A DNA stretch of 64,000 nucleotides from Curvularia clavata (GCA_023920165.1 CP089278.1:1860001-1924000); one strand, 5' to 3'. Shown: positions 36,887 through 49,011, counted from the stretch's first letter. Notes: generated by a model from the letters alone, not told the origin. Program-made: numbers and translations.

Positions 36887-37963
36887 ATGGCTATCGACAA
36901 CTCGCTGGAGTCGCTCCTCGCGACGCTTACCACATCTATTCAATCTGCTACCGAAGCGTTGCCAAGTGACGACATATTGCCACCAAAGGAAGGAATCTCT
37001 CTGCTGGACGTAAAGAACGAGTTGCTTCTGAGTTACCTACAAAACCTTGTTTTCCTCATTCTTCTGAAGTTGAGATCGCGAAAAGGCGATCAGAAAGAGG
37101 CGGATCTGCACCCACAAGATGAAGTCGTTCAGAAGCTGGTTGAGCTGAGAGTGTACCTGGAAAAAGGTGTTCGCCCCCTCGAGAGCCGACTGAAATACCA
37201 AATCGACAAGATTCTCAGAACGGCAGATGACGCCACTCGCCGCAACACCCAGGCTCCTACCAAGTTGGCTTCAAGACCTAAGAAGTCCAAGGCCAATACA
37301 GGATCTGATTCGGATGTGAGCGATGCTGAATCAGCGGGCTCGGCACAGACAGAAGAAGACGAAGACGAGATGGCATACGGTCCCCGCCGTGCACAAGTTA
37401 CACGCCAGAAGACCGAAGCCGCCCAAGAACGTGCCCGTGAATCTACAAAGGATGGTATCTACCGTCCACCCAAGATCACACCCATGGCCATGCCAACGCC
37501 AGAAGGACGCGAGGCACGACGAGAGCGCCGCCCCGGAAAATCAGCTACCCTGGATGAATTCATCGCTACTGAGCTTTCTGCTGCGCCGATTGCCGAGCCT
37601 AGTATCGGCTCTACCATCACACAGGGCGGTCGCCACACCAAATCTGAGCGTGAGCGGCGCGAAGAGAATGAGAGGCGCGAATACGAAGAAGCAAATTTCA
37701 CTCGTTTGGCTCCCCTTAGCAAAAAGGAAGCAGCCAAAAAGAAGGCTCGACAGCAGCGTGATGGAGGTTTCGGAGGCGAGGAATGGAGGAGTTTGGGTGC
37801 GGGCATTGACCGTATTGAACGGCTTACGCAGAAGAAAGGGGGTAATTTGGGGAGTCTGGAAAAAAGCAGGAAGAGGCCGGTTAACGATGGGCCAAGAGGC
37901 TCTGGATCTGCTGCCGGAGACGCATTTGAGAAGCGAAGGAAAATTGTTTCAAAGTGGAAGTAA
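36887..37963 (+). CDS. LCP5: U3 snoRNP/SSU processome protein Lcp5 (Sas10/Utp3/C1D family)
   Basis: GISLLDVKNELLLSYL, LEKGVRPLESRLKYQIDK, GIYRPPKI and YEEANFTRL motifs in a single exon. Confidence 0.9.
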   Translation: MAIDNSLESLLATLTTSIQSATEALPSDDILPPKEGISLLDVKNELLLSYLQNLVFLILLKLRSRKGDQKEADLHPQDEVVQKLVELRVYLEKGVRPLESRLKYQIDKILRTADDATRRNTQAPTKLASRPKKSKANTGSDSDVSDAESAGSAQTEEDEDEMAYGPRRAQVTRQKTEAAQERARESTKDGIYRPPKITPMAMPTPEGREARRERRPGKSATLDEFIATELSAAPIAEPSIGSTITQGGRHTKSERERREENERREYEEANFTRLAPLSKKEAAKKKARQQRDGGFGGEEWRSLGAGIDRIERLTQKKGGNLGSLEKSRKRPVNDGPRGSGSAAGDAFEKRRKIVSKWK

Positions 37964-38394
37964 ACTAATTGGAAACACCAATATCTTAGACAGTGGCTTT
38001 CGAGGGCTGTATCATATCCGTCAGATTACACTATATATGGCAACCAAAATTGAACACAGCATTCAACTCACAGACAGCATGAATCACCTTAGCTCTGGAA
38101 AAATCACATTCGTGACTTACAATTATTGATGCATGTATGCAACAAGAACCAAATGTTTGTGCAATGAGCCGAGAATCATATCATTTCATTTCATACCTTG
38201 ATACTGCTGAAACACCCCTCGGATTATAGAAGGTGTCTGCAAACGTTCCTTTCGTAATGCTCATGAACGTCATCCCGTCGACGCCAATGCTATGCGTTCC
38301 ACAATGGTGATTCATCCCAATGTCGAATCGATACTCCCCAGAACGCCATGAAAAAAAAAAGAGTATGAACAGCCACGCACCACAGGCGAAGCTC

Positions 38395-41052
38395 TTACGC
38401 AAGATACCTATATGAGTCCACCTGTGCACCTTCTATACGTTCCAAGTATTCACGCTCAATGAGCGACTCGATGCGCTTCTTGACCATGTGAACTTCAGGC
38501 TTGAATTGTCCGACGAGTTGACTGAGCGTCTCTGACATGAGTTGTTGATGCGAGAGTTCTTTGCGTTGCCTAAGAATTTGTTAGTGTAAGCCGCAGCATA
38601 TCAGCATAGGGAATACGCACTTCATGATTCGCACAACAGCAGCCTCAATGCAGAAGCCACGCGAATCGTCGTTCTTCTTCTCTGTCTCTCGTCGCTCACG
38701 ATCGCTTTCAACCTTGTTTCCTCCACTGACGACGCCAACTTTGATTTTGACGAATTTGCCCTGGAACCCTTCATTGAAGAAGAAGCGATCAGTAGGCTTC
38801 ACGTCTTTGGACATGGGTTCTTTGATGAGAATACGCGTCTTTGGAGCTACAGCAAGTGACTGTAGGTTCCTGATGAGGTCACTAGGTGGTATATTGGTTC
38901 GTGCTTGGATCTCCTCAAAGGTGAGGTGTTCGTTCGGAGCGAGCTCGTTGAACAATAGTAGGATGACCATGCCGTATGTCGACACATTGAGTTCATGACG
39001 GCGCTCCTTGAACGTGCCATCCTTTTGTGGTACTTTGGGAAAAACGGCTTTGATATCTGCCGAACCCATGTTGGCAAGCCATGTAAGCTGCCGGCCAGAG
39101 TGTTTCTGGCTGTAAAACTTCTCGAACCCACGCTTGAGCTTGTCCACAACAGAAGGATAGTTGCATCGTGGCCGTTGATCCTCTTCGTCGGCAGCGGCAC
39201 CACCCATTGTCTCAAGAGGCCATGTCATGCTCGTAAGCACATTGATAGATAGCTCGATGCGCTTTGGGTCCTTGTCGCCCAGTCCTTCAACATGTTTCTT
39301 GAACCCTGCGGTAAGTTCCTCGGAAATGGTCATATCCTTGAACATGGCCTCTAGCTTCAGCGTGAAGTTGTTACCAAGTTCAATCTTCATCTTAGAAATC
39401 ATCTGCTTCTCAACTTCGTTGCTGACTGATTTGTTCATCAACAAGCGTCGGCACAGATGCTTCTTGTAATAGCGTTCGAAGAGGTCCTTGTCCTGAACGT
39501 ATCGCAGCAGTACAATGGCCTTTTCTAGCACGGCGTCAATTTCAGACTCCGTCTTGCCCTTAATTCCCTTCTTCATGTTTTCGTCGATGAATAGAGAGAT
39601 ATATTCCGATGATCGTGGAAATGATGGTGAGTTGATGAACTCGGTAAAGCTCTGCGTCTGAGCCTGTTGTAACAATGGATCTGACCCGAATGACTCTCGC
39701 CAAATCTTGTCGAACCGGTCTTTGAGTACAAGAACATCCTCAACCCACTTGATCGCAGCAACTGTCTGTTGATTCAAACTCTTTTCTTGGGGGGGTGCCT
39801 TGGACTTGTCGGTGGGATCCGCGACAGGCACCACGGCAGGCGCTTGGGACGCGGCGATTGCGTCCTTGTTGACATCAGAGCCCATATCAACAATGCGCTG
39901 CTGGATGGCACGAGTGATTTCCATCTTCTTGTCGTCTACGCGTTTGTTGAGGTCGTAGATGAGATTCAGCTCTTCGAGTCTGTGATTGTCAATCATGAAG
40001 CGCACGCCACTCTCCATTTCCACGAGCTCATGTATCCGGTTCTTGATCAACTCATCCTCCACTACCTTTTGAATCTTTGGTCCAGTGCTCTCCAACAGGG
40101 TCTGTTTGCAACGCTCATCTTCCTCGTAAATCCTGCGTCGTGCATGTTTGCAATATGCGCCCGCATGGCAATCCCGTAGCAACAGCTCAGATTCGGCACG
40201 GTAAAAGGCACTGCTAGTCTCCAAGTATTCCTTCTCGAATGAGGTGTTATATAACCGCTGCTCTTCAGATTCTACTTCAGCCTCGTGCAGGCCTTCCAGC
40301 ATCCACACACAAGACTTGATGAGTTGCTTGTCGATGATATCGCCGTCGCGCTCCATCTGGATTTGATCGAGGATGATGTAGTTTAGTAGGCCGAGAATCG
40401 TGCGAGCATCGGTTGCGGATATCGCCGAATTTAGGATTTCGTCGCGAAACAAGACCATGGCAGCGTTGTAAATGGAAGGTCTTCGGTGGTCGGCACAGTA
40501 GACACGATCCTTTAGAATTAGTGTTAGCTTGGTTTGGTTCTCTTGTTAACATAGAAGCGCCCTGGTCTCACCATGTACATTAGCACGTCAGCAAGCATGC
40601 TTGTGCAAATCTGATGGTCGCTCCATGCCTGTCGCAGTCCCTTGAGGAACTTCTCACCAGCGACACGTCGCTCGTTGGCAGTAGTTCCACCCACACTCTG
40701 CGCATTTACAAGGAGGTTCGGGGACAGTAGTTGCTGGATAGTATTGCGGACCTCGCTACTGAGCCAGTTGCGCTCGAACTCATGGACCTTGTTGTACAGA
40801 TTCTCGCCCTTCTTCTTCAGGACGATGCGGTAGGCATGGCGGTACAACTCCTCGTATGACAATTTGGAAGCGTTCTTTGTGTGAATTTCCCGAAAAGCCG
40901 CCTCGATGGTAGCCCACGTGTTCTCAAAATCGATGTCGTCGCCATGTAGACCCTGCAAGCGTGGCGTTGTCAGTATGCGACGGTGGGGTTGAATGCGCAT
41001 AACCTACCCTCCGTGGGGGTCTTATCCGCTGCCTGCCCCGTCCCGCAATCAT
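38395..41052 (-). CDS. CUL3: Cullin-3, 4 exons
   Basis: Exons 41052-41008, 40952-40572, 40509-38621 and 38569-38395. Motifs NASKLSYEELYRHAY, DVLMYMDRVY, DKDLFERYYKKHL, neddylation site IEAAVVRIMKQRK, and terminal YRYLA. Confidence 0.95.
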
Positions 41053-41429
41053 GTCTGCTTGTGCCTTGATTCAAGAATATGACGCTCAGAACTCCAGGCT
41101 CCAGTGCGGGCCAGAGCGGAGCTATGTTCGAGCTACTAGGCTTTGTGTGGCGGGTAAGGATGAGAAGACGGATTGGAGGAAGGGAGAGGGGGTGTTTTTT
41201 TTTTTTCAGTAGAGCGCCGGCATGCTCACGCACAGCAAAGTGGCAAGACAAAGCAGTAGACAGGCTAGACGTGAGCGAGGACTGAGTGATCTGGGATGGA
41301 GTCAGGCAAGGGTCCCCACCGAATTGCCGCGGCCATCATCGTCATTGCTTGGCGGTCGATCAACTTCTGTTATTCTTTGCCCGCGCACTTCTTGCCGCCG
41401 TATTCATTTTCACGCCTTATATAGCTACC

Positions 41430-42089
41430 ATGCGCTCTTCTGTACCCTTACTACGCGCCTTTGCACGGTCCGCTGCGCCCCGGACAAGGCCAACCTTCTG
41501 TGCCGCCCAAGTCTCGGCACAAACAGAGCGCTTCCTGCACACACGGCCAACGTTAGCAGCCCTTCGCTCTTCACCAGCGCCATTGCGAGCGACAGTACCC
41601 TCTACCGTTCGCTTCGAGTCAAATACACCCTCGCCTACGTCAACCACTGCGCCAGAATCACGACTAGACCGTGACCAAGTCCCTTCCTACGAGCTCACCT
41701 TCACATGCAACGTCTGCAAGACCCGGTCGTCGCATCGCCTATCCAAGCAGGGCTACCATCATGGAACAGTCCTGATCCAGTGCCCGGACTGTAAGAACAG
41801 ACATCTGATCAGCGATCACCTCAAGGTACCGTACAGCGTACGCCCCCATTATCATACACGCGCTAATCACAAACAGATCTTTTCCGACAAGGCCGTCACC
41901 ATCGAGGATCTTATGCGCAAGAAAGGAAGCCTCGTCAAGAAAGGCTCTTTGAGCGCAGAAGGCGACGTCGAATTTTGGGAAGATGGCACGTCTACGCCCC
42001 GCTCCGCACAGTTTCACGCCAACTCCACGCCCAAAGGTGATAATCGACTGTCGCAACAGCCAGACCCGTCCAAACCGTCACAAGAATAG
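41430..42089 (+). CDS. ZIM17: Mitochondrial DNL zinc-finger Hsp70 escort protein (Zim17/Tim15)
   Basis: Arg/Ala/Ser-rich presequence, then YELTFTCNVC...YHHGTVLIQCPDCKNRHLISDHLK|IFSD. Intron 41826-41876. Confidence 0.9.
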   Translation: MRSSVPLLRAFARSAAPRTRPTFCAAQVSAQTERFLHTRPTLAALRSSPAPLRATVPSTVRFESNTPSPTSTTAPESRLDRDQVPSYELTFTCNVCKTRSSHRLSKQGYHHGTVLIQCPDCKNRHLISDHLKVPYSVRPHYHTRANHKQIFSDKAVTIEDLMRKKGSLVKKGSLSAEGDVEFWEDGTSTPRSAQFHANSTPKGDNRLSQQPDPSKPSQE

Positions 42090-42576
42090 ACGCCGTACCA
42101 GCAACCCCAACCTGTATTATACTGTTTGAATAACCATTATGGATCAATCTACCGCACTGTAGGAAACGACTTTACAATATCAAAAGCGACACATCATACG
42201 TCATTGAGACCCCAGGATATACCGAAATGCCAACTAATCATACGTAGCTAGTCATCTCTGTAATATGCCGTTCGTTTGTTAGACACAAAACGTTAGAAAT
42301 GGATAACAACTTGAAACGATTTTATAGGCGCACTACGCAAGACCTATTCAATTATGTTCGTTATTTATGCTAGCCCGCATCTGCAAGAGAAACCCAAAAA
42401 AAAAGCCAACACGAATCGCACAGGGTATCATCTCAACAATTGTGCGTCCTTTCCGTTACCATAACGCCTGACCCTGATGTTTTTGATATAGAAAGAATAA
42501 CGAAGACTTCTTCCATAATGTACCTGTATTTTGAACATTCATACATATCTGCCGTGACCTTGGGCGTTTTAGTATT

Positions 42577-45075
42577 TTATCGTCGTGCCGTGGCTGATCT
42601 CTCTTTTGGCATCTTCTTGTCGTCGCCAAGTTTGCCAATGGAACTTTCTGTATGCATATGAGGCGCCACCTCGACCAGCCACTCAGGGCTGATGGGTAGA
42701 ATGGCTCGCGCGTACGTCTTGGACGATTCTACAATCTCGAAATAGATGATCCATTTTGGACGGTTTTCGATCATACTTGACGATGGGTGAATGAAAATGG
42801 TCATTCCGCTGTTCGAAATCGCGCGATAACTCAATCCGTCACGTGCTAACCTGGCAGCGTTGATGAAATATGCTGATGTTATGCACTTGCGAATCGGAAC
42901 GTGGTTCGAACTACCACAAGTGGAGCTCGGTACCTCAACTCGGTCGCATAGCTTTGTCAACTGTTCGCGCACGTCGCGGGCTCGATTGAGGCATCTCCAC
43001 TGGAGGAAATTCTCGGTTGCCCACCGACTGTCATAGCCACTATCTTCGAACTGGTCCCAGATGTTGAGAAATGTCAGAAAGTCACCACCTTCCTTGCTGC
43101 TGAAGCGGGCTCGGGCAGCATCGGCCGCCACTTTCTTGTCTTTTGGTCGGAGGAAAAGGGAAGCCGATTCTCCCAAAACACTGACAATTGATAATATCTC
43201 CTCGCGACAGCCATACTTCTCTGATGCAAGGATAGCTTTGGAAAGCTTGATGTCAAGTGGTAACTCTGCCATTCTCCGGCCCAGTCGAGTCAGTTTCCCA
43301 GTAGAGTCTAGAGCCCCTAATGCGTAGAGATTCTCCAGAGACTTGATGAGAGAGGTACTCGATGGGGGATCCAGGAATTCGAACTCAAGGAGGTTGTCGA
43401 TACCCAGAGCCTTCAGTGTCAGGACAACACCGTCAAGATTTGCGCGCAAGAGCTCGGGCTCGGTAGTCTCACTGAGCTCATTATAGAAGGCATGTTTCGT
43501 GTACAGACGGTAGCAATATCCTTCGCTAGTACGGCCAGCACGTCCTGCCCTCTGATTGGCACTAGCGCGAGAGATCGGGCTGACAATCAACGAGCTGATG
43601 CCGTTTGTCGACATGTAATTACTCTGCTTGCTGTAACCCGAGTCTATGACGTGCCGAATACCATCGATAGTCAGCGAGGTTTCAGCTATGTCAGTGGATA
43701 TGACCAATTTTCTGGCATTGGGTGGCGTGGGCTCGAAGACCTTGGCTTGTGCATCTGGCGGAAGCGCACTATACAGCGGACAGACAATGAGTTCTTTGGC
43801 TCGCCCACCCAGCTTCTTCATGGTCGCTTCGATATTTTCCACGGCAGCTTGGATCTCTTCCTCTCCGGTAAGAAACATGAGGATGTCTCCTGGAAGTTCT
43901 GCCGCCAAATGTATTTGAAGAGCTGAAGTAATGCCAGCGCTGAGATAGTTGGCCTCTGGAGCACTTGTGTAGAGGATGTTGATCGGAAATGTCCTGCCTT
44001 CTACGTAGAACGTAGGTGCGTCATCGAAATACTTTGAGAATTTGGAGGCGTTGATCGTAGCAGAAAGGACGAGCAGCTTGAACTCGGGCCTGGCACGACA
44101 GACTTCACGACACAGGCAGAGCAAAAGATCTGAAGCAATTGATCTCTCATGCGCCTCGTCGATCATCACAACAGAGTAGTTGGACAATAAGGGGTCTGTC
44201 ATAGCCTCTCGCAGAAGTACACCGTCTGTGGCGAACTTGACAACGGTTTTATCACTTGTCTTGTCGTCGAAACGAACACTGTATCCAACTTCGTGGCCCA
44301 GCTTGCATCCGTACTCTTCTGCAACACGTTTAGCGACGCTCATGGCTGCCACTCGTCGGGGCTGAGTGATGGCAATCGCTCCAGTCTTTGTGTAACCGGC
44401 TTCGGCTGCAAATTGGGGAATTTGTGTTGTCTTTCCTGATCCGGTATCACCGACTACGACTAGTGTTTGATACTTGGATACAGCATCAAGTATCTCTTCA
44501 CGATATTTGTAAACAGGAAGACTTTTGCGGACTTCCTCAATACTCTTAGCCCTTTTTTCAGCAGAGTCGAGTTGAGCCTGGAGTGCCTGCTTGGTGGGAT
44601 CGATGCGACTCGAGATATCTTGTTGAAACTGAATCTGGTTCGAGGTGTCGAAAACGAATTCGTAGTCGTCCTCCTGTACGCGTTCGGCTTTCTTAGTCTG
44701 ACTTTTGATCTTGCTCATCTGATCTTCTTCCCACTGTTGGTATTCGGTCTTGAAATGACTGGAGTCATCGCGGCGGTTGAGCACTTCAGCTTTGTTCGAA
44801 AAGTCTGCATCGGGGATCATGAACCCATCGCGGTGCTCGTCAATGGCATTCCTCGCCTCGGCCAACCTCAAGGTCTCTCTGTTCTTCGCAAACTCTTTGC
44901 GCTCTCTTTCTGATAACTTGGATCCCAGCCTCTCTTCCTCCTCTGCTTCTTCTGCGACTTGGCGACGGAGAAGGGCGAGCTGCTGTGCTTCTCGTTCTGC
45001 AAGGTACTTCTGTCGCGACGCGAGGCGGAGCGCGCTGATGTCTTGGTCGCCGGTCTTGCGACGTTTCGGATCCAT
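42577..45075 (-). CDS. Spliceosomal DEAH-box RNA helicase, Prp2/DHX16-like, single exon
   Basis: SRQKYLAERE N-terminal motif, RKSLPVY, GDTGSGKTTQ, TQPRRVAAMSVA, DEAHER, SAT and QRAGRAGR, with HA2/OB-like C-terminal regions. The likely start is MDPKRRK at 45075. Confidence 0.88.
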   Translation of the reverse strand: MDPKRRKTGDQDISALRLASRQKYLAEREAQQLALLRRQVAEEAEEEERLGSKLSERERKEFAKNRETLRLAEARNAIDEHRDGFMIPDADFSNKAEVLNRRDDSSHFKTEYQQWEEDQMSKIKSQTKKAERVQEDDYEFVFDTSNQIQFQQDISSRIDPTKQALQAQLDSAEKRAKSIEEVRKSLPVYKYREEILDAVSKYQTLVVVGDTGSGKTTQIPQFAAEAGYTKTGAIAITQPRRVAAMSVAKRVAEEYGCKLGHEVGYSVRFDDKTSDKTVVKFATDGVLLREAMTDPLLSNYSVVMIDEAHERSIASDLLLCLCREVCRARPEFKLLVLSATINASKFSKYFDDAPTFYVEGRTFPINILYTSAPEANYLSAGITSALQIHLAAELPGDILMFLTGEEEIQAAVENIEATMKKLGGRAKELIVCPLYSALPPDAQAKVFEPTPPNARKLVISTDIAETSLTIDGIRHVIDSGYSKQSNYMSTNGISSLIVSPISRASANQRAGRAGRTSEGYCYRLYTKHAFYNELSETTEPELLRANLDGVVLTLKALGIDNLLEFEFLDPPSSTSLIKSLENLYALGALDSTGKLTRLGRRMAELPLDIKLSKAILASEKYGCREEILSIVSVLGESASLFLRPKDKKVAADAARARFSSKEGGDFLTFLNIWDQFEDSGYDSRWATENFLQWRCLNRARDVREQLTKLCDRVEVPSSTCGSSNHVPIRKCITSAYFINAARLARDGLSYRAISNSGMTIFIHPSSSMIENRPKWIIYFEIVESSKTYARAILPISPEWLVEVAPHMHTESSIGKLGDDKKMPKERSATARR

Positions 45076-45576
45076 AATGGATAATCGGTGTATGTACGTT
45101 CGTTCGTATAGTACTTTTTCGCAGCTCTCCCAAGCTGATTCGGTTCTTGCGTCACGTTCGTTACGTGGCGCGAGTGTGACGCTTGCGATGTCGAGGGTAA
45201 GTGATGGGTGGAGCTCTCTACAAAATGTTGAAGCTCGGTCCAGGTGGCGGCGAACCGCAGTTGACCGGACCACGCTAAGGCAGCATACCACACCATAGTT
45301 GCAGGGATCAAGCTATATCACGTTATTTGATAACCCTTGAAGACGTTCCATGTCGTAGACAAACGTGAAATGAGAAAATTTGGAATCCATCATACAGCAG
45401 CTCACGAAGTTCACCTTATTCAACGTAGAGAAATGTCATTTCCATTATCATAAAGTGCTCATCAAAAACGCCATTCGCGATGCCATACTTCGTGAACGCT
45501 TCAAACACGAAAGCATATACAAATAGCCGATAAGCACAACTCCCCCGGTACAAGCAACGCCATCTATTCTGAATGC

Positions 45577-48021
45577 TCAATGGCTGATGTATTGGAACAC
45601 AGCACTCACATCCCTCAAGTCGTTCGCTGTCTCCTGTCTCAGCAAAAGATCCTGAATCTTGCCCAGGGCGCCATTCTCTCCATCATTGACAAAATGGTTC
45701 CAAGTACTTGTATCGCCGTACAGCATAGCGGGAGCCTTGATGATTTGTTTGCCGTCCTCTTTCCGACACCGCTTACATTTGAATGTATCGTGGGTATCGC
45801 TGGTGGTATTATCGCGGTACTGGAAGAGCTCGCGAAGCGAGTCAAGACTGAAATGCCGCTCGACATCCTCTGCAGAGTCGACGACACAAGACGATAGTGA
45901 CTGTTTGTGGGACTGTCGCTGGAAGACTTTCTCTTCAATAGTACCGGTGGTGATGAAACGATAGACGAAGCAATCCTTCTTCTGACCATCACGCCACACA
46001 CGAGCAAGGGCTTGCTGATCAGCAGCTGGGTTCCAATCAGGGTCAAAGAGGACAAGCCGGTTGGCACCAATGAGGTTGAGACCACATCCACCAGCCTTGG
46101 AAGAGAGAAGGAAAACAAACTCCGGACTCTCCGGGTCATTGAACTTGTCCACCAGCTTCTGACGCTTGCTGACGTTCATTGTGCCGTCCAAGCGGAAGCA
46201 GCCATATCCGCGTGAGCGGCAGAGCATGGCAAAGATGTCGAGTGTCTGAGTATAATTGGAGATCAAAACAATCTTGTCGTTCGTCTCGGCGCGGATGCGG
46301 GCAAGCATACGATCCAAGACCGCCATCTTTCCGGAGTACCACACCTTGACTTCACGATCTCGGCCTCTTGCGTCCTTTTGTACGAAGTCCTCGGGTAGCT
46401 TGTCCTCACATCCTGGCAAGTCTTCCGGCAGATTGAGTAGATCAGGATGGTTGCACAGCTTCTTGAGCATACCAATGACCTTGAGTGGCTGCGAGCCCTT
46501 GCCACGCAGCAGGCTTTGAACATCTGGTGACTTGATGAAATGGTTGTACAAGTCCCTCTGGAAAGGTGCAAGATTGCAGAAAACAACGTGCTCGTACTTG
46601 ACAGGTAGATACTTGGAGAGAATGTCGTTGGTTCGTCGGATGATGAACTTGTTGACCAGCCCCAAAAGCTCTGTGAGCCGCTCATTACCCTTTTGTACGT
46701 CTGCGTCTGTTCCATTGGCGTCGCGACCCTTCAGAATAGGTATTTCAAATTGCTTGCGGAATTCCATGCGTGTACCGAGGTAGCCCGGGTTCGCAAAGTT
46801 AAGTAGTGCGAAATACTCCGATAGGTCGTTCTGGATGGGCGTGCCGGAGAGGATGACACGTCTTTGTACGTTCAGGTTGTTCAAGGCTGTGAATGTCAGG
46901 CTGTCTCCATTCTTCAGTCGGTGGCCTTCGTCGCAAAGCATCAATCCAATTGGTGTCTGTCCAAACTCATCAACGTAAAGTCGAAGTGTTTCATAAGACA
47001 CAATCAACACAGGCCGAACGACAGACCGTCCAGATGCGATTGACCATTGCCGTATTTGCTGAATCAGCTCTTCCTTCGATGCCTTTCCATCAATCGCAAA
47101 AGGAGTGACTGCGTCTTTGCCCAGCCATTTGACCAACTCATTTGCCCAGTTCCTGACCAGACTTGAGGGACATGCAATGACACATTTCTGTATCGTCGAT
47201 TTGCCAGCATCCGGCGATTGTTTCAGCAGCGTCCACATTAACGTGATGCACTGCAGTGTCTTTCCAAGACCCATCTCGTCGGCCATGATGCAACCGTTCG
47301 CCTTGGGATCAATCATTCCAGTGGTAGCTCGGTACAAGAACTTCACTCCTTCGACCTGATGTGGTCGTAGAACTTTGGCAAGCTTTGGATCTATAACAAC
47401 TGGCACTCGTGGTCGTTCGTTGTCGACTTTCTTCTTCAAGCCTAATATCTCCGCCAAACTCTTGTGAACTAGCGGGGCATCCAGTTGTTTCTTCTCGGGT
47501 TGACTTTGACTTTGACTGGGCTCTGGTTCTGGTTTTGGTTCCGGCTTATCATCAACAGTAGGGTCATATAGTACTATTGCAAATTCCCCACTGGGATCAT
47601 GCAATGGTCGCGCGATAAAGACGGTTCCTGTTCGCATACCCAGCAGGGGTGCTGGTCGGTTCGGGTTGTATGCTCCGCTGTCCTTGTTGACTAAAGGCAC
47701 GACAAACTTTGTCCTGAATGCCGTTTCCTTGTCTTTGGGTTTAAACACTGGGAATCGGTTCGCGTCTCGTGTGGCGAGGGCTAATCGATCCTCATTGGAA
47801 TATGGTTTATCGCTTTCTTCATCGTCACCACCAGCCCCGGAATAATCAACCTTCCGTTTCTTTCTCGCGGGCTTCTGTGAGGTGCGTGTTACTGTCGCTG
47901 AACCAGGACACCGAAAGGGCTTAACGAGACGTTCAGTGGACTGTGGAGTGCCGCCATAGAGACGCACTACTGGCTTTGCTGGTGTAGCCTCGCCAGCTGC
48001 GAGCGTTCTTGGTCGATGCAT
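45577..48021 (-). CDS. RAD54: DNA repair/recombination SNF2-family ATPase Rad54
   Basis: RPLHDPSGEFAIVLYDPT, LRPHQVEGVKF, DEMGLGKT, DEGHRLKN and QALARVWRDGQKK. The likely start is MHRPR at 48021. Confidence 0.95.
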   Translation of the reverse strand: MHRPRTLAAGEATPAKPVVRLYGGTPQSTERLVKPFRCPGSATVTRTSQKPARKKRKVDYSGAGGDDEESDKPYSNEDRLALATRDANRFPVFKPKDKETAFRTKFVVPLVNKDSGAYNPNRPAPLLGMRTGTVFIARPLHDPSGEFAIVLYDPTVDDKPEPKPEPEPSQSQSQPEKKQLDAPLVHKSLAEILGLKKKVDNERPRVPVVIDPKLAKVLRPHQVEGVKFLYRATTGMIDPKANGCIMADEMGLGKTLQCITLMWTLLKQSPDAGKSTIQKCVIACPSSLVRNWANELVKWLGKDAVTPFAIDGKASKEELIQQIRQWSIASGRSVVRPVLIVSYETLRLYVDEFGQTPIGLMLCDEGHRLKNGDSLTFTALNNLNVQRRVILSGTPIQNDLSEYFALLNFANPGYLGTRMEFRKQFEIPILKGRDANGTDADVQKGNERLTELLGLVNKFIIRRTNDILSKYLPVKYEHVVFCNLAPFQRDLYNHFIKSPDVQSLLRGKGSQPLKVIGMLKKLCNHPDLLNLPEDLPGCEDKLPEDFVQKDARGRDREVKVWYSGKMAVLDRMLARIRAETNDKIVLISNYTQTLDIFAMLCRSRGYGCFRLDGTMNVSKRQKLVDKFNDPESPEFVFLLSSKAGGCGLNLIGANRLVLFDPDWNPAADQQALARVWRDGQKKDCFVYRFITTGTIEEKVFQRQSHKQSLSSCVVDSAEDVERHFSLDSLRELFQYRDNTTSDTHDTFKCKRCRKEDGKQIIKAPAMLYGDTSTWNHFVNDGENGALGKIQDLLLRQETANDLRDVSAVFQYISH

Positions 48022-48401
48022 AAGAAATTGCTGTGCCTGAAGAACTTGGTGGAACTGTGCAGCGCGTTTTGGTCGGTGTAATGAAAGTTGGAAGGATAGG
48101 GCGCGAGTGTTGCTTGGTTCTCGTAGGTGGCGGACTAGCATCGCGTCAAACGACTAGCTCATTCGCGGTGTCACGTGCGATAGCAAGGCAACAACACCAT
48201 CCTGAACAATATGTATGCTTCGATCCTAAACATTGAACTTATGGTTTTATGTAAACTCAGATACATTGGAGTCTAAAAACTTCAAATGCGTGAAAAAAAA
48301 TCTGAACCGAACGTATCACAGAAAATCCTGTGACCGGCACCTCCGAGCCTCTCCGCAAATTCCCCCAACCCACCCACCACCCCATCACATACCCTCACAG
48401 C

Positions 48402-49011
48402 ATGGCGCGAAAAGCAATAGCAAAGGACCAGATTGTCAAATTGATTGTAGGCGCAGGGCAAGCGTCGCCCTCGCCGCCTGTAGGTCCCGCGCTGGGAAGC
48501 AAAGGTGTAAAGAGCATGGATTTCTGCAAAGTATGTATTGCGCACTCTACATCGCCGCCCATCGATTGCAGGCCATGTCCCAGTCTAACGGATCTTCCTC
48601 TTCTAGGAGTTCAATGCAAGGACAGCGCACTACGTAGTAGGCACACCTATTCCTGCGCGCATCACTGTTCGCCCCGATCGCTCATTTCACTTCCAACTTC
48701 GCACCCCGCCCACTGCGACTCTACTCCTCAGCGCGGCTGGTGTGCTGCCGACCAAGAATAAAGTACGCGGCGCGGGAAATGTACCAGGTCCAATGAACAA
48801 CCACGAAGGGCAGAAGGGCAAAACGTCAACAAGCAGTCCAACAGTAGGAAATGCGGTCAAGGGCACAGTTGGTACCGTTAGCCTAAAACATGTGTACGAG
48901 ATTGCAAAGATCAAGCATAGCGAGACACGATTAAGCGGATTGAGTCTCGAGGGCATTGCGAGGAGCATTGTAGGACAGGCTGGAAGCTTGGGTGTGGTCG
49001 TAGTGCCATAA
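48402..49011 (+). CDS. MRPL19: Mitochondrial ribosomal protein uL11m, 2 exons
   Basis: [38 protein letters not shown] across intron 48531-48606, then [16 protein letters not shown]. Confidence 0.93.

Noticed and set aside
37323..38129. 268-aa overlapping ORF in another frame of LCP5
   Set aside because: It is an alternative-frame shadow of a real gene, with no domain features.
38581..38620. CUL3 ORF apparently ending in a Cys-rich tail (CVFPMLICCGLH)
   Set aside because: This is read-through into intron 38620-38570. Splicing restores the normal cullin C-terminus.
45076..45291. N-terminal extensions in the ORF track for the Prp2-like helicase (also RAD54 48022-48141, DBP3 17256-17312, ZIM17 41286-41429)
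   Set aside because: They come from upstream or non-ATG starts in promoter/UTR sequence. The downstream ATGs fit the family N-termini better.
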